Both the position numbers and the translations under genes were made by a program. Shown here piece by piece: positions 1 to 9,952 of a DNA stretch of 54,184 nucleotides. Numbering within the stretch: the first letter of the stretch is position 1; each line of letters starts with the position of its first letter. The stretch comes from a virus (taxonomy: Duplodnaviria > Caudoviricetes), in IMG/VR virus record IMGVR_UViG_3300017971_000339, positions 1-54,184 of that record, one strand, 5' to 3'. The notes beneath the pieces were generated by a model that saw nothing but the letters and a program-made list of their open reading frames with translations, was not told the origin of the DNA and searched no databases.

Positions 1-105
1 AAGTTGGGAATTATTGTAACTCCTAAAACGAAATCAATTTGGTATCCCCACAAGGAAAACGATGATGTAATGTCCATCGCTTTTGAGTTGGACGAGAGCG
101 CATGA
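1..105 (+). CDS. 3' end of a truncated gene (KLGIIVTPKTKSIWYPHKENDDVMSIAFELDESA*), coupled to the glycosyltransferase
   Basis: Open frame from base 1 to TGA at 103-105, ATGA overlap with the next start. Confidence 0.6.
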   Translation, partial: KLGIIVTPKTKSIWYPHKENDDVMSIAFELDESA

Positions 106-992
106 ATCTACCCAGATATCCGATTTATATTCCATCGAAGGGGCGCGCTAAGATGTGTTATACAGCGCGATTTTTGATAGATGACGATGTTCCATTTTTC
201 TTGGTAATCGAGGAGCAGGAGCACGAATCGTATGCTCGTATCTATGGTGATGAGCGCTTGTTGGTGCTACCATTCAGAGATAAGGGTTCTGTAATCCCTG
301 CGCGCAATTGGATCAAGGAACATGCTACGGAGCAGGGGTTTGAGCGTCATTGGCAGCTGGACGATAATATAAAACAGATTGATCGTCTGTATAAGGGCAA
401 GAAAATCAAAACAAATTCTGCAGCTGGATTCTGCTCAGTTGAAGATTTTACCGATCGATATAAAAATATTGCTATTTCTGGAATGAATTACTCGATGTTC
501 GCTTATTCTGGGTCAACGGTTGTTCCTCCGTTCTTTTTGAATTGTAGGGTATATTCCTGCAGCTTGATATTCAACTCTATTCCTAATCAATGGAGAGGGA
601 AATACAATGAGGATACTGATATCTGTTTGCAGGTTTTAGCTGATGGTTGGTGTACGGTGCTGATCAATGTTTTTTTGATACGAAAAATCCGTACCATGCA
701 GATGAAGGGCGGGAATACGGATGAGATTTACAAGGGTGATGGGCGATTGGAAATGGCGCGATCATTGGAAAGATTGTGGCCTGGGGTCGTAAAGACTGGA
801 CGCAGATTTCAGAGACCGCAACACGTGGTGCATGATGCGTGGCGAAAATTCGATACGCAACTAGAATTTAAAGATGAATTTGATCCTGAGAAAATCAAAG
901 AGCGCAACGAATACGGATTGAAATTAAAGCAAGTAGCCCCAGAAGTGCGCAGCGATTACCTAAAGAAGTTGCTCAAAGAAAAAGACGAATAA
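102..992 (+). CDS. TET-associated (TAGT/GREB1-like) GT-A glycosyltransferase, putative DNA base modification
   Basis: YPIYIPSKGRA N-terminus, ARNWI..H, HWQLDDNI (DxD-like), YNEDTDICLQ and MKGGNT motifs. Confidence 0.8.
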   Translation: MNLPRYPIYIPSKGRAKMCYTARFLIDDDVPFFLVIEEQEHESYARIYGDERLLVLPFRDKGSVIPARNWIKEHATEQGFERHWQLDDNIKQIDRLYKGKKIKTNSAAGFCSVEDFTDRYKNIAISGMNYSMFAYSGSTVVPPFFLNCRVYSCSLIFNSIPNQWRGKYNEDTDICLQVLADGWCTVLINVFLIRKIRTMQMKGGNTDEIYKGDGRLEMARSLERLWPGVVKTGRRFQRPQHVVHDAWRKFDTQLEFKDEFDPEKIKERNEYGLKLKQVAPEVRSDYLKKLLKEKDE

Positions 993-1028
993 TTACCATG
1001 AGCATCGAAAATACCATGAGCAGGGAAA

Positions 1029-1775
1029 ATGCGTAAGAAAAAGCCTGAGAATTTTTCTCCCGTACCTGATTTTCCCAAAGACCATAAGCATTACGGCAAA
1101 CCTCGCTGTCAAGCATGGAACCCAAATTATGGCAGACAATGTTTAGGGCTTGCTCGCCCCAATGGGAAATGCCGTTCGCATAATGGGAGCGCTGCATCTG
1201 GTATTGCTGCTCCGAATTATAAGCATGGAAAATATGTTTCTAATTTACCCAAACGCTATTTATCTAATTTCAGGGCTGCGCAAGACAATCCGGATTATCT
1301 AAAGTTGCAGGATGATATACATCTTGTGGATGCTCGCCTAATGGAACTAACGGGAAGTATAGACGAGAAAAGCAGTTCATTGATATTCGATAAGCTAAGT
1401 GCGGAAGTATCGAAAATGGAGATGGCCCAAGCTGCTGTGGTGCGATCTCAGAATATAACAGACAAAGAAACCAGGGAGCGCATGAGAGCGAAAGCAAACG
1501 CAGATTATATCGATAGCGTTTCAGAACTTTCAAGATTGATTAAGCGGGGAGCAAAAGAGTGGTATATCTGGCATGACATTACTGATTTGATTGAAAAGCG
1601 CAGGCGCTTGGTAGAAACAGAGCGTAAGTTATTAGTGGATATGCAGAACCTAATCAGAATTGAGGATACTTTTGTGCGCTTTGATATTCTCATGGAGAGT
1701 ATAAGAAGGAATGTACCAGACCGCGATACAAGAGCCGCGATCCAGTCCGACTACAACGCAGCGGTTGGACGATAG
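1029..1775 (+). CDS. Putative terminase small subunit with HGGxSTG-like Cys/His domain
   Basis: RCQA...C...NGKCRSHNG...NYKHGKY motif, helical C-terminus, position directly before the large subunit. Confidence 0.65.
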   Translation: MRKKKPENFSPVPDFPKDHKHYGKPRCQAWNPNYGRQCLGLARPNGKCRSHNGSAASGIAAPNYKHGKYVSNLPKRYLSNFRAAQDNPDYLKLQDDIHLVDARLMELTGSIDEKSSSLIFDKLSAEVSKMEMAQAAVVRSQNITDKETRERMRAKANADYIDSVSELSRLIKRGAKEWYIWHDITDLIEKRRRLVETERKLLVDMQNLIRIEDTFVRFDILMESIRRNVPDRDTRAAIQSDYNAAVGR

Positions 1776-3195
1776 AGTCAATGATGGATTTGGGCTAGAC
1801 GAAAAGCAGGGGATAGATTGGCCTAAGAATCATTTGATGGGATTGTGGGGAGATCCTGTTCCTTTTCATATGGCACAGGAAATCGCGATTTCAAGTCAAT
1901 CCAAAATTGTTGCGCTCATCGCAGGAACACAATCTGGTAAAACATCCTTTGGCCCCTGGTGGTTAGCAGATGAAATAGAGCGCACTTCTTCACCCAAAGG
2001 GAATAACGATTATATTGTAATTACTTCATCTTACGGATTGTTCTCGCTTAAGCTGCTTCCGGTAATGCGCGAGGTTTTCGAGGACATTCTGGATATCGGG
2101 CGTTATTGGGCGGTCAGTAAAGTAATTGAACTGAGAAATCCTTACACAGGATTATTTGAGGCCAGCAAAGCGTCAGATAAGATGTGGGGGCGAATCATTC
2201 TGAGATCCGCGAATGCTCTGGGAGCGCTGGAAAGTGCAACTGCGCGCGCTGCGTGGCTGGATGAGGCGGGGCAGGATGAGTTCACCCTGAGAGCGTACCA
2301 AGCGATCAAGCGCCGTTTGAGTTTGTTTCGGGGCAGGCAGCTATTCACCACCACCCTCTATAATTTGGGATGGGTGAAATCTCAAATCATTGACATTGCG
2401 TTGAAGGGTGGGAAACAGCAATACCATAAGATCGGTGATGCAGAATTGACGCATACCGAGAATGAGCAGAAAAGCATTACGCTCGTGCAATATGATTCCA
2501 TCTTGAATCCTGAGTTTTCTATTGAGGAATTCCAGGATGCGCAATCCACCATGGCAGATGATGAATTCAAGATGTTTTACAAGGGTGCGGTTGCGAAATT
2601 ACGTACCATTGTTTACGATTGTTTTGACAGCGAGAAACACGTGGTTCCTGCTTTCAAGATTCCCAGAGCATGGCCAAAAGGGTTTATTGGGATTGATCCT
2701 ATTGGCGTAAAGAATGCGGGGGTGTGGTTGGCGTTTGATCCTGAAAAGGGGCAGCTACATTTATATCGAGAATATGAAGATGATTTCGGAAAAACTACGC
2801 AGGGGCATGTAACCGAAATTCTCAAAGCAGCTGCAGAGGATGGCGAGATTTTACGCGTTATCGGTGGTGGACCATCTGAGCGTCAATCGCGCGTGGATTG
2901 GACGGGAGCAGGATTGCCAATGGGCGCTTGTCCGGTGACAGATGTTTGGGTTCAAATCCGCAAGGTTTACGCGCTGTTCAAAGAGGGAAGTTTGCTTGTA
3001 CATGATTCTTGTCCTCGCATAATTTCAGATCTCGGCGTGATGCGCAGGGAGAAAGATCGGCATGGAAACCTGACGGATAAAATCGAGGACAAGGATACCT
3101 GGCACTTGCTTGATGCGCTGCGGTATATCATTGGGTGGTTGAGTTTTTCAAATGAGGTTGAAGAAGTAGTGTATAATCGAGTCAACATTATGTGA
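1711..3195 (+). CDS. terL: Terminase large subunit (true start may be further downstream)
   Basis: Walker A AGTQSGKT, Walker B WLDEAG, coupling motif TTT, nuclease GIDP and HLLDALRY. Confidence 0.93.
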   Translation: MYQTAIQEPRSSPTTTQRLDDRVNDGFGLDEKQGIDWPKNHLMGLWGDPVPFHMAQEIAISSQSKIVALIAGTQSGKTSFGPWWLADEIERTSSPKGNNDYIVITSSYGLFSLKLLPVMREVFEDILDIGRYWAVSKVIELRNPYTGLFEASKASDKMWGRIILRSANALGALESATARAAWLDEAGQDEFTLRAYQAIKRRLSLFRGRQLFTTTLYNLGWVKSQIIDIALKGGKQQYHKIGDAELTHTENEQKSITLVQYDSILNPEFSIEEFQDAQSTMADDEFKMFYKGAVAKLRTIVYDCFDSEKHVVPAFKIPRAWPKGFIGIDPIGVKNAGVWLAFDPEKGQLHLYREYEDDFGKTTQGHVTEILKAAAEDGEILRVIGGGPSERQSRVDWTGAGLPMGACPVTDVWVQIRKVYALFKEGSLLVHDSCPRIISDLGVMRREKDRHGNLTDKIEDKDTWHLLDALRYIIGWLSFSNEVEEVVYNRVNIM

Positions 3196-3207
3196 TAGGA
3201 GTTGATC

Positions 3208-3450
3208 ATGCCAGAACTAAACGAAACAAAAGGATTAGCGTATTCCATTGGAGCGATCAAAAAGATTTACGATTTTACGGATGAGCAGTTGGAGGAAATC
3301 TTGGGCGATTCGGTATTCGCTGCCATGATGCAAAACAACTATGGATTTGTCACTATCAAAGATATGATGAATCTTGCCGATGCTCTGGGATTGGTTTTTG
3401 TGATTAACTTTCAATCCCTGGATGTATACAATGCGGAACCGACTGAATAG
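3208..3450 (+). CDS. Small HTH (XRE-like) protein
   Basis: RBS AGGAG before ATG 3208; TIKDMMNLADALGL resembles the end of an XRE domain. Confidence 0.45.
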   Translation: MPELNETKGLAYSIGAIKKIYDFTDEQLEEILGDSVFAAMMQNNYGFVTIKDMMNLADALGLVFVINFQSLDVYNAEPTE

Positions 3451-3536
3451 ACATTGATCGAATTTTGATATATACTCTCAATGGTAGCACTAATAATTTG
3501 AGGTCTTTTTGCTAGGGAGCGAGGAGAAAAAGCAGG

Positions 3537-5294
3537 ATGAGTAGAATAAATAAATGGCTGGATGACAGAACTGGAAAGAGCGATTTACAAGCGCAGCTGG
3601 AACAGGAGCGCTCTGCGTTTGTGGAAGAACTCAAACGTTTGCAGGGAGCAGTCCAGTATCTTGTCGAGGACGCAGCATACGAAGCGCCCATGCCCATAGC
3701 ACCGGAGAACATGGTTTCCAATCTGCGAGAATTTGACAGCCAGCTTGTGAACGAGTTGATCGATCAAAAGAGGTGGGATGTAATCGGTGGATTGGGGTTA
3801 TCGGCATATGATCAAGGCGAGGCTGCGCGCGCTCGCTCGGTTGCTGATTCTCGCTTTCTAGCAATTTATTCACCGCTCGCAGAATGGGGGCTTTCTGTTT
3901 GGACGAATTATGGAATGGGTGATTCTGTGCGCATTACCGCGAACAATCCGGATGCTGATATTATATTCAACGAATTCTGGACGGCAGAGCGAAACGCAGA
4001 TGTGTTAGCAGATGATAAGTTGCAGTATCTTTCTCAGTTTACGCTGCAGGATGGGAATACATTCCTTGCTTTTTTTGCCGACAAAGAAGATGGCAGGGTA
4101 ACAGTTGAGGAAATCCCCGTAGACGAAATTTCGGAGATTGTTACGCATCCCCAGAGAAAAACAGAAAAGCTATTCTATAAGCGCACATTTGAAACCAAAG
4201 ATGGCAATAAAGAAGTGTATTATCCGGATTGGAAAGCGAAGTTTTCCGGTAGATTGGATGATAAGACCATCGCCAAAGTATTGCCAGAGAAAGCAGAGCG
4301 CGCAGATGAAAAGAAATACGATAACGAGATCTTGAATTCTGCCGAGGAAACACTAGGAACAGATGTGGTCGTGATGCACATCGCACATAATCGAAAAAAG
4401 CGCAATGATTTGTGGGGTTGGCCCCTCATGACAAGCGCATCTCCGTATGTCAAAGCACACAAGAAATTCCTGGAAGATCGATTAACTGTAGCTGCCAGCA
4501 AAGCGATGTACGTTCGGAATAAGCGGGTGAAGGGTGGATCTCGTGCAATAGATACGGTACGGAATACGATTCAATCTGCGATCTCATCCACGAATTTCAG
4601 GGATTCAAATCCCGCTGCAGCTGCCGGTTCGGTGGAGATCGATAACGAAGCGATTACAACCACCGAAAAACCCATGATGACTGGTGCGAGCGATGCCAAG
4701 AGCGATGGCGAGATGTTCTCCTGGATTGCGCTCCTGGGTTTGGGGATATTCCCTACAACCGCTGGCATGGATACGAGCAGATGGGCAACCGCTCTGCAGA
4801 TGGATAAAACGTTGTCGATGCAATGGGCGAGATACCGCACCTTCTGGTCAAGCAATTTTCAACGAATGGTAAAAATCGTATTAAGATTTGCAGAAATTTA
4901 CGGGGAGCAGGAATTCATAGATGAGAATGGGAATCCGGATTTGGGCGCGAACGTGAATATCGATACGCTTTCTCTGGTTGATTTTCCGGACGTTGTCAAA
5001 TCGCTTTCACAAGCGGTAAAGGATATGCTCGAACCCTATCTGGACAATGGAATTATCCCAGAGCAAACCGCGAAAGCGTTACTGAGAGAACTCTGGTTGA
5101 TCATGTTGCAAGCGCTCGGTTTACAAACCTCACGAGACATCGCTAGTGAGAGCGCCTTTGGCATTGATGTAGAGGAACTTGATATGCTGCCAAAGCTGCA
5201 CCGCACATTCTTGAAAATGGCACAACAAAAATTCAAAGAAGGCGATTTGACGGAGATTGCGGAATTTCTGACAGACGATTTTTCAGAGGAGTAA
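3537..5294 (+). CDS. Portal protein
   Basis: 585 aa, follows terL; DGNTFL, EISEIVTHP, WGWPL motifs typical of portals. Confidence 0.85.
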   Translation: MSRINKWLDDRTGKSDLQAQLEQERSAFVEELKRLQGAVQYLVEDAAYEAPMPIAPENMVSNLREFDSQLVNELIDQKRWDVIGGLGLSAYDQGEAARARSVADSRFLAIYSPLAEWGLSVWTNYGMGDSVRITANNPDADIIFNEFWTAERNADVLADDKLQYLSQFTLQDGNTFLAFFADKEDGRVTVEEIPVDEISEIVTHPQRKTEKLFYKRTFETKDGNKEVYYPDWKAKFSGRLDDKTIAKVLPEKAERADEKKYDNEILNSAEETLGTDVVVMHIAHNRKKRNDLWGWPLMTSASPYVKAHKKFLEDRLTVAASKAMYVRNKRVKGGSRAIDTVRNTIQSAISSTNFRDSNPAAAAGSVEIDNEAITTTEKPMMTGASDAKSDGEMFSWIALLGLGIFPTTAGMDTSRWATALQMDKTLSMQWARYRTFWSSNFQRMVKIVLRFAEIYGEQEFIDENGNPDLGANVNIDTLSLVDFPDVVKSLSQAVKDMLEPYLDNGIIPEQTAKALLRELWLIMLQALGLQTSRDIASESAFGIDVEELDMLPKLHRTFLKMAQQKFKEGDLTEIAEFLTDDFSEE

Positions 5295-5297
5295 ATT

Positions 5298-5570
5298 ATG
5301 TTAAGAATGTTGAAATTAGAACAGAGCGATATCATTACACAGATGATTGGGAGAAATTTTTCTATTACACCGACAAATGAATTCCATATTATTTTGTCTA
5401 CCGATGCTGCTAGGGAACTTATAAATGATTTACAGAAACTTATGGACGAGAATAAATTCCTCGATTGTCAGGCGTGCGGAAAGGTTCTTGATATAAACAC
5501 AATGTATTCTATCGATGCTTGTAGTGAGAAATGTCAAAATATTATTTTCGAGAAACAAAGATCGGAGTAA
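5298..5570 (+). CDS. Hypothetical protein with CxxC...CxxxC zinc-binding motif
   Basis: CQAC...CSEKC; RBS GAGGAG. Confidence 0.55.
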   Translation: MLRMLKLEQSDIITQMIGRNFSITPTNEFHIILSTDAARELINDLQKLMDENKFLDCQACGKVLDINTMYSIDACSEKCQNIIFEKQRSE

Positions 5571-5573
5571 ATC

Positions 5574-5768
5574 ATGGAATTGGTATATGCGTTTATCTGC
5601 GGTTCGTCAATTTTATTTGTGATTGCACTGACCGTTTATTTGCTCTCGATTACGCATCGAAATGCTGTCAGGGATTTGCGAGCGAGGGGTTGCATTTGTG
5701 AACTGAGTTTTGCTGGCCCTACTGTGGATCGTGATTGTCCGGTGCATGGAGCATGGGACGAAGGATGA
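5574..5768 (+). CDS. Small membrane protein with CxC...DCPVHG motif
   Basis: N-terminal hydrophobic helix; RBS GGAG. Confidence 0.55.
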   Translation: MELVYAFICGSSILFVIALTVYLLSITHRNAVRDLRARGCICELSFAGPTVDRDCPVHGAWDEG

Positions 5769-5882
5769 AAAGATTCCTGGCGATTTTCTTAGCGTATGGA
5801 TTGATTGTTTTTGTATTCCCCTGGCTGTTTCGTAGGCATGATATGAGCAGAGAAATTTTCGTAGAATTACGATGAGTGTAAA

Positions 5883-6086
5883 ATGAGCGGAAAAACATTG
5901 TGGTTAATGGGATATGTTTTAAATTGGCCGGAATGGGAATTCATGGGTATATTCTCTAGTAAAGAAAAAGCGGAGACTGCACTTTCTAGGGAAAATGAAT
6001 TTTATTGTCCAGTTGTATTGGATGAATTGGAATCCACGGAAGTACGAGATTTCGAGAATGTTGTTTGGTTTTCGGATAAAAAATGA
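5883..6086 (+). CDS. Hypothetical protein
   Basis: WEFMGIFSSKEKA motif common in small phage proteins; ATGA overlap with next gene. Confidence 0.55.
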   Translation: MSGKTLWLMGYVLNWPEWEFMGIFSSKEKAETALSRENEFYCPVVLDELESTEVRDFENVVWFSDKK

Positions 6087-6664
6087 GCGTAAAATCCTAT
6101 CAGTCAGATTTACATCAAATCATGCGCGGCTATTGGTCCGGTTTCTGGCCGCGCGATGTGTTCTTTGATTTGATGTATGCTGCGATTGATCGGGGCTTAT
6201 CAAGAGCATGGGCAAGCGGAGCAGCAAAGGTAGGGATAGCAAAAGATGAAATCTCAGGAGCAGAGCAAGCGTTGCTCTCCGCTGCGATCTTTTCAGAATA
6301 TGCGCGCATCCCTGGATTAGCTGCATTCATAGAACAGAATATGCGTAAGGATGGGGGCAAGCTGCAAACGGTATTGAATCGTGCATCTCTCTGGGTAAAC
6401 CGTTATCGAGATTTAGAAAACAGAGCAAAAGTTGAAGGAGAGAAAGACCCAAAATTGCGTTGGGTTTTAGGTCCCACGAAAACGCATTGCAATACGTGTG
6501 GCAAATTAGCAGGAAAGGTCAAGCGCGCGTCTTGGTGGCGGGATAATGTTATGCCACAACAACCACCCAATCCAGCCCTAGAATGCAAAGGATGGAAATG
6601 CGGTTGCGGATTGGAAAAAACAGACGAACCCATGAGCCGTGGTAGAATGCCAAATGTACCGTAA
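6083..6664 (+). CDS. MuF-like minor head morphogenesis protein
   Basis: W...HCxxC...G and P...C..WKCGC C-terminal Cys motifs; downstream of portal. Confidence 0.7.
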   Translation: MSVKSYQSDLHQIMRGYWSGFWPRDVFFDLMYAAIDRGLSRAWASGAAKVGIAKDEISGAEQALLSAAIFSEYARIPGLAAFIEQNMRKDGGKLQTVLNRASLWVNRYRDLENRAKVEGEKDPKLRWVLGPTKTHCNTCGKLAGKVKRASWWRDNVMPQQPPNPALECKGWKCGCGLEKTDEPMSRGRMPNVP

Positions 6665-6674
6665 GGAGTTAGAT

Positions 6675-6830
6675 ATGGAATTTATTCCTGGATTTTCGTA
6701 TAACGTAAAGGTTCACACCGAATCGGGAGAATATCAGTTCAATCTGATTAGCTGGAAGATTGCAACTATTCTGATTGCACTATGTGATGATGTTGGACTG
6801 GATTATGAGTGGGATTCGGTGGAAGTATGA
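6675..6830 (+). CDS. Small hypothetical protein
   Basis: RBS AAGGAG before ATG 6675, inside the 6639 ORF. Confidence 0.4.
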   Translation: MEFIPGFSYNVKVHTESGEYQFNLISWKIATILIALCDDVGLDYEWDSVEV

Positions 6831-7183
6831 GCGAAAAAAAAGTTGTTTATATTGCTGGCCCTTATCGCTCCAAAGACGGTATTTGGTATATAAAAGAGAA
6901 TATCAGAAAAGCAGAATTGGCTGCGTTGGAAGTCTGGAATTTTGGGGGCGTGGCGCTCTGCCCTCATAAGAATACTGCTTTCTTTGATGGTGCGGTGGGT
7001 ATTCCGGATGAAACATGGTTGCAGGGGGATCTCGAATTACTCTCGCGCTGTGATGCGGTTTACGCCATTGAAGGATGGGAACGGAGCGCAGGAGCAAGGG
7101 CAGAAGTGGAGTGCGCCCAAGAGTTAGAAATGCCAGTATATTTTTTTGTGCAACAAATTCATGAGTATTTAAAAAATGACTAA
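6827..7183 (+). CDS. DUF4406/DUF1937-like (nucleoside deoxyribosyltransferase-fold) protein
   Basis: VYIAGPY, CPH, LLSRCDAV, GWERSAGARAE motifs. Confidence 0.8.
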   Translation: MSEKKVVYIAGPYRSKDGIWYIKENIRKAELAALEVWNFGGVALCPHKNTAFFDGAVGIPDETWLQGDLELLSRCDAVYAIEGWERSAGARAEVECAQELEMPVYFFVQQIHEYLKND

Positions 7184-7454
7184 AGAGCAGCAAGAGCAAG
7201 ATGCGTTGACCCTCGCTGGAACACTAACACAAACGTATATTGAGGCGATTACGTGTATCATGACTTCATCTGATACGGAATCTATCAGGATACAAAACAA
7301 GATGCTGTTAGCAGTACGCGATGCTGATTTGGCGAAGGTGGACGCAATCGAAAAACGATTAGGTATCTCTCCAACGACAGCGGAGATTCGGCGATGGTAT
7401 AAAAACGAAAAGCGCTTGAATAATGGGGAAACCTGGATACGGGAGCGCAGTTGA
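7176..7454 (+). CDS. Hypothetical protein
   Basis: Overlapping ORF in operon. Confidence 0.5.
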   Translation: MTKEQQEQDALTLAGTLTQTYIEAITCIMTSSDTESIRIQNKMLLAVRDADLAKVDAIEKRLGISPTTAEIRRWYKNEKRLNNGETWIRERS

Positions 7455-7669
7455 TGACTGATATAATTGAGCAGGATAAACCAAAAATGCTGCTGCATTT
7501 CAATAATGATTATTATAGGCGCAAAACGAGAACGGGAGACAAATCATATATTCCTGTAATCAAGGCAAACGGAGCGGACAGGATTACGCGTAAGAAGTGG
7601 TTCCGGACTGCACATGCAGCTTGTGAATATGCCAAGGAGGTCGTATCTCGATATAATCGGATGTTCTGA
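7451..7669 (+). CDS. Hypothetical basic protein
   Basis: Coupled ORF with GGGAG RBS. Confidence 0.5.
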   Translation: MMTDIIEQDKPKMLLHFNNDYYRRKTRTGDKSYIPVIKANGADRITRKKWFRTAHAACEYAKEVVSRYNRMF

Positions 7670-7705
7670 GAGCGCTAATCAACAGGGAGCGAAGGACGAA
7701 CAACA

Positions 7706-8650
7706 ATGCAGAAAAAGAGAACGATTTTGTACGTTGAAAGCGATGATCATGGGGGCAATATTCGGGGGCTAATGTCGCCAGATACCCGACTCCCTGACGA
7801 TAACTTGATATTAGAACTGGCAAATGATGAGGATTTGAGTTTTACGGAAGCGGAATTGATGGTGATTAGCGATCCAAAGGAGTTTGATTATTGCTATCAT
7901 TCCCCAAAACTTAGATCATTCCAGCTATATCTCAATAAACTGAGGAACAGAAATCTTGAATGGCTAGTTGATTTATCTGCAGGTGATGAGATATTGTATC
8001 TTCATTTAGGTGATATTACGCAGGGGCAAAAATATGTTTCTGATTGGGTTACAACCAGGATTGGAGATCAATTCTTGATTGCACTCGCCAATCATCGCCC
8101 TATCATGGAATTACCAAATTTGAAAGCTGCGCGATATGTAGAGGGGACGAGTTCTCACGTGTTCGGAGATGGAACGAGTGGGGGCGTGGTTACTGCTCAA
8201 TTGAAAGCGGAATACCCAGAGATTGACGTAAAACCTATTCATCATGGATTGATTGAATATAATGGGCTGTTGATTGATTGCGCTCATCATGGCCCCGGGC
8301 CTGGATCTCGTAAGTGGTTAGAGGGGAATATTGCCAGCTATTATATACGGGATAGAATGATGAAAGACTTGCTGCGCGGTCGTAATCCTGCAGATTTGTT
8401 CCTGAGAGCGCACTTTCACACTTGGGCGCGCGCATTCTGGAATATTTCCATCGATGACAAAGATTATATATCTGAAATCTGTTTGATGCCTTCCATGTGT
8501 GGCTTGAATTGCTACGGCAGACAGGTTACAAAAAGCGTGGAGCAGATCACAAATGGAGCGCTGGCGTTCGAGATTTACGGGGACAAAATCCTGGATGTGC
8601 ATCGTTGGACAAAAACGCTTGATCTAAGAAACTACGAGGTAATAGCATGA
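7706..8650 (+). CDS. Calcineurin-like metallophosphoesterase
   Basis: SDDH, LGDITQG, GTSSH, AHHG and AHFH metal-binding motifs in canonical order. Confidence 0.8.
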   Translation: MQKKRTILYVESDDHGGNIRGLMSPDTRLPDDNLILELANDEDLSFTEAELMVISDPKEFDYCYHSPKLRSFQLYLNKLRNRNLEWLVDLSAGDEILYLHLGDITQGQKYVSDWVTTRIGDQFLIALANHRPIMELPNLKAARYVEGTSSHVFGDGTSGGVVTAQLKAEYPEIDVKPIHHGLIEYNGLLIDCAHHGPGPGSRKWLEGNIASYYIRDRMMKDLLRGRNPADLFLRAHFHTWARAFWNISIDDKDYISEICLMPSMCGLNCYGRQVTKSVEQITNGALAFEIYGDKILDVHRWTKTLDLRNYEVIA

Positions 8651-8895
8651 GCGAACTTGATGCACTTGCAAGAGCAGCGTTAGATGAATTAAAAAAAGAT
8701 ATAGTCCAGCCCATACAACCAGGAGATTTGAGGGTAAGAGATATTGCGGAGAGTATCGGAATTGGGCGCTCGTCCGTGTATTCTCTTATGGCTAAAATGA
8801 TTGATTCTGGAACGTGGGAGAGCGAGATTGTCCGAGATCATAACGGAAATCAAGTAAGGGTATATCGAAAGGTGGTCAAAGATGCAAAAGGGTAG
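8647..8895 (+). CDS. Winged HTH DNA-binding protein
   Basis: VRDIAESIGIGRSSVYSLM HTH plus beta wing. Confidence 0.7.
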   Translation: MSELDALARAALDELKKDIVQPIQPGDLRVRDIAESIGIGRSSVYSLMAKMIDSGTWESEIVRDHNGNQVRVYRKVVKDAKG

Positions 8896-9949
8896 ACGTT
8901 ATTTGCTCTTGATTATAATTTTCTCGTTTCTCATTTTATTGTTTTCGATAACTACAATTATCATAAACAAGGATGGTGTGCGATTTGTGCTGCCTAGCGT
9001 ATCCGAATTGCACACAATATATATTCCCGTACTGTTGAAAAGCGATCAACAGTCGCCTTATGAAAAAAAGCCAATTCGAGGTGTTGAGGTTTATTCTCGC
9101 CCATTCTCGGAGTATGCCGAAAATTACAATGGATTGATCCTAAAATACACAATCCATTTTACGGATATTATTCCGGAACCACTCACCCAACCAAATTGGA
9201 CAAAACCGGACGGAATATTCCAGAATGATGATCGGCGCTATGGCGGGTTTCAGGGTTCACCATCCTGGATGAACGGGAATCAACCTACTTGCAAGCTGCC
9301 ATTACCTGAATTCTGGAATTTATGGGCAGCGATAGCAAAAGAAGCGGTTAGCAGATACGATCTTGATTATATGTCTGTCTGGGTGGAACCGGACGTTTAT
9401 TATATTGGAGCAGAATATTATTTTGGTTGCATTGGTTCTGATTATGCAAGCGGAGTAGAATATGCAGAGTTTTATAATTTTGTGTATTCTGCGATCAAGA
9501 GCGAGTATCCTGATTTGCAGATTTTAGCAGGAGAATTGGCTGATCCATCGCAAGCGTTTTTTCTTGGTTTCCTGGATACGGTTCACGAATTTGATGGGAT
9601 CTCATTTCATGGGTATACGTATTGCTCTGAATACAGCTATTTCGATATCAGTAATAAGATCGAATCGATTAAATCGCTAACGCAAGATAAACCTGTTTGG
9701 CTATCTGAAACATCCGTAATTACTTCTTTGAATGAGAACTCCATCTGCTATGAGAACTCCCCTGCTGTTGAGCAGCTGCAGGTTGAGCATTACAAGATCG
9801 TGGAGCAGGATAATAGATTGGATGGATTCTTGTGGTTTACGTTGAATGATTCTGGATGGCGTTATTCGTCCATGATGCGCAGGGATCGATTGAAACCCGT
9901 AGGATGCTATTATAATCAGATGAATGAATGTGCTGATTTTGCACCATAA
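8882..9949 (+). CDS. Membrane-anchored clan GH-A glycoside hydrolase (GH5/GH39-like)
   Basis: N-terminal TM helix; WVEPD (acid/base), ISFHGY, PVWLSET (nucleophile), FLWF. Confidence 0.7.
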   Translation: MQKGRRYLLLIIIFSFLILLFSITTIIINKDGVRFVLPSVSELHTIYIPVLLKSDQQSPYEKKPIRGVEVYSRPFSEYAENYNGLILKYTIHFTDIIPEPLTQPNWTKPDGIFQNDDRRYGGFQGSPSWMNGNQPTCKLPLPEFWNLWAAIAKEAVSRYDLDYMSVWVEPDVYYIGAEYYFGCIGSDYASGVEYAEFYNFVYSAIKSEYPDLQILAGELADPSQAFFLGFLDTVHEFDGISFHGYTYCSEYSYFDISNKIESIKSLTQDKPVWLSETSVITSLNENSICYENSPAVEQLQVEHYKIVEQDNRLDGFLWFTLNDSGWRYSSMMRRDRLKPVGCYYNQMNECADFAP

Positions 9950-9952
9950 TTC

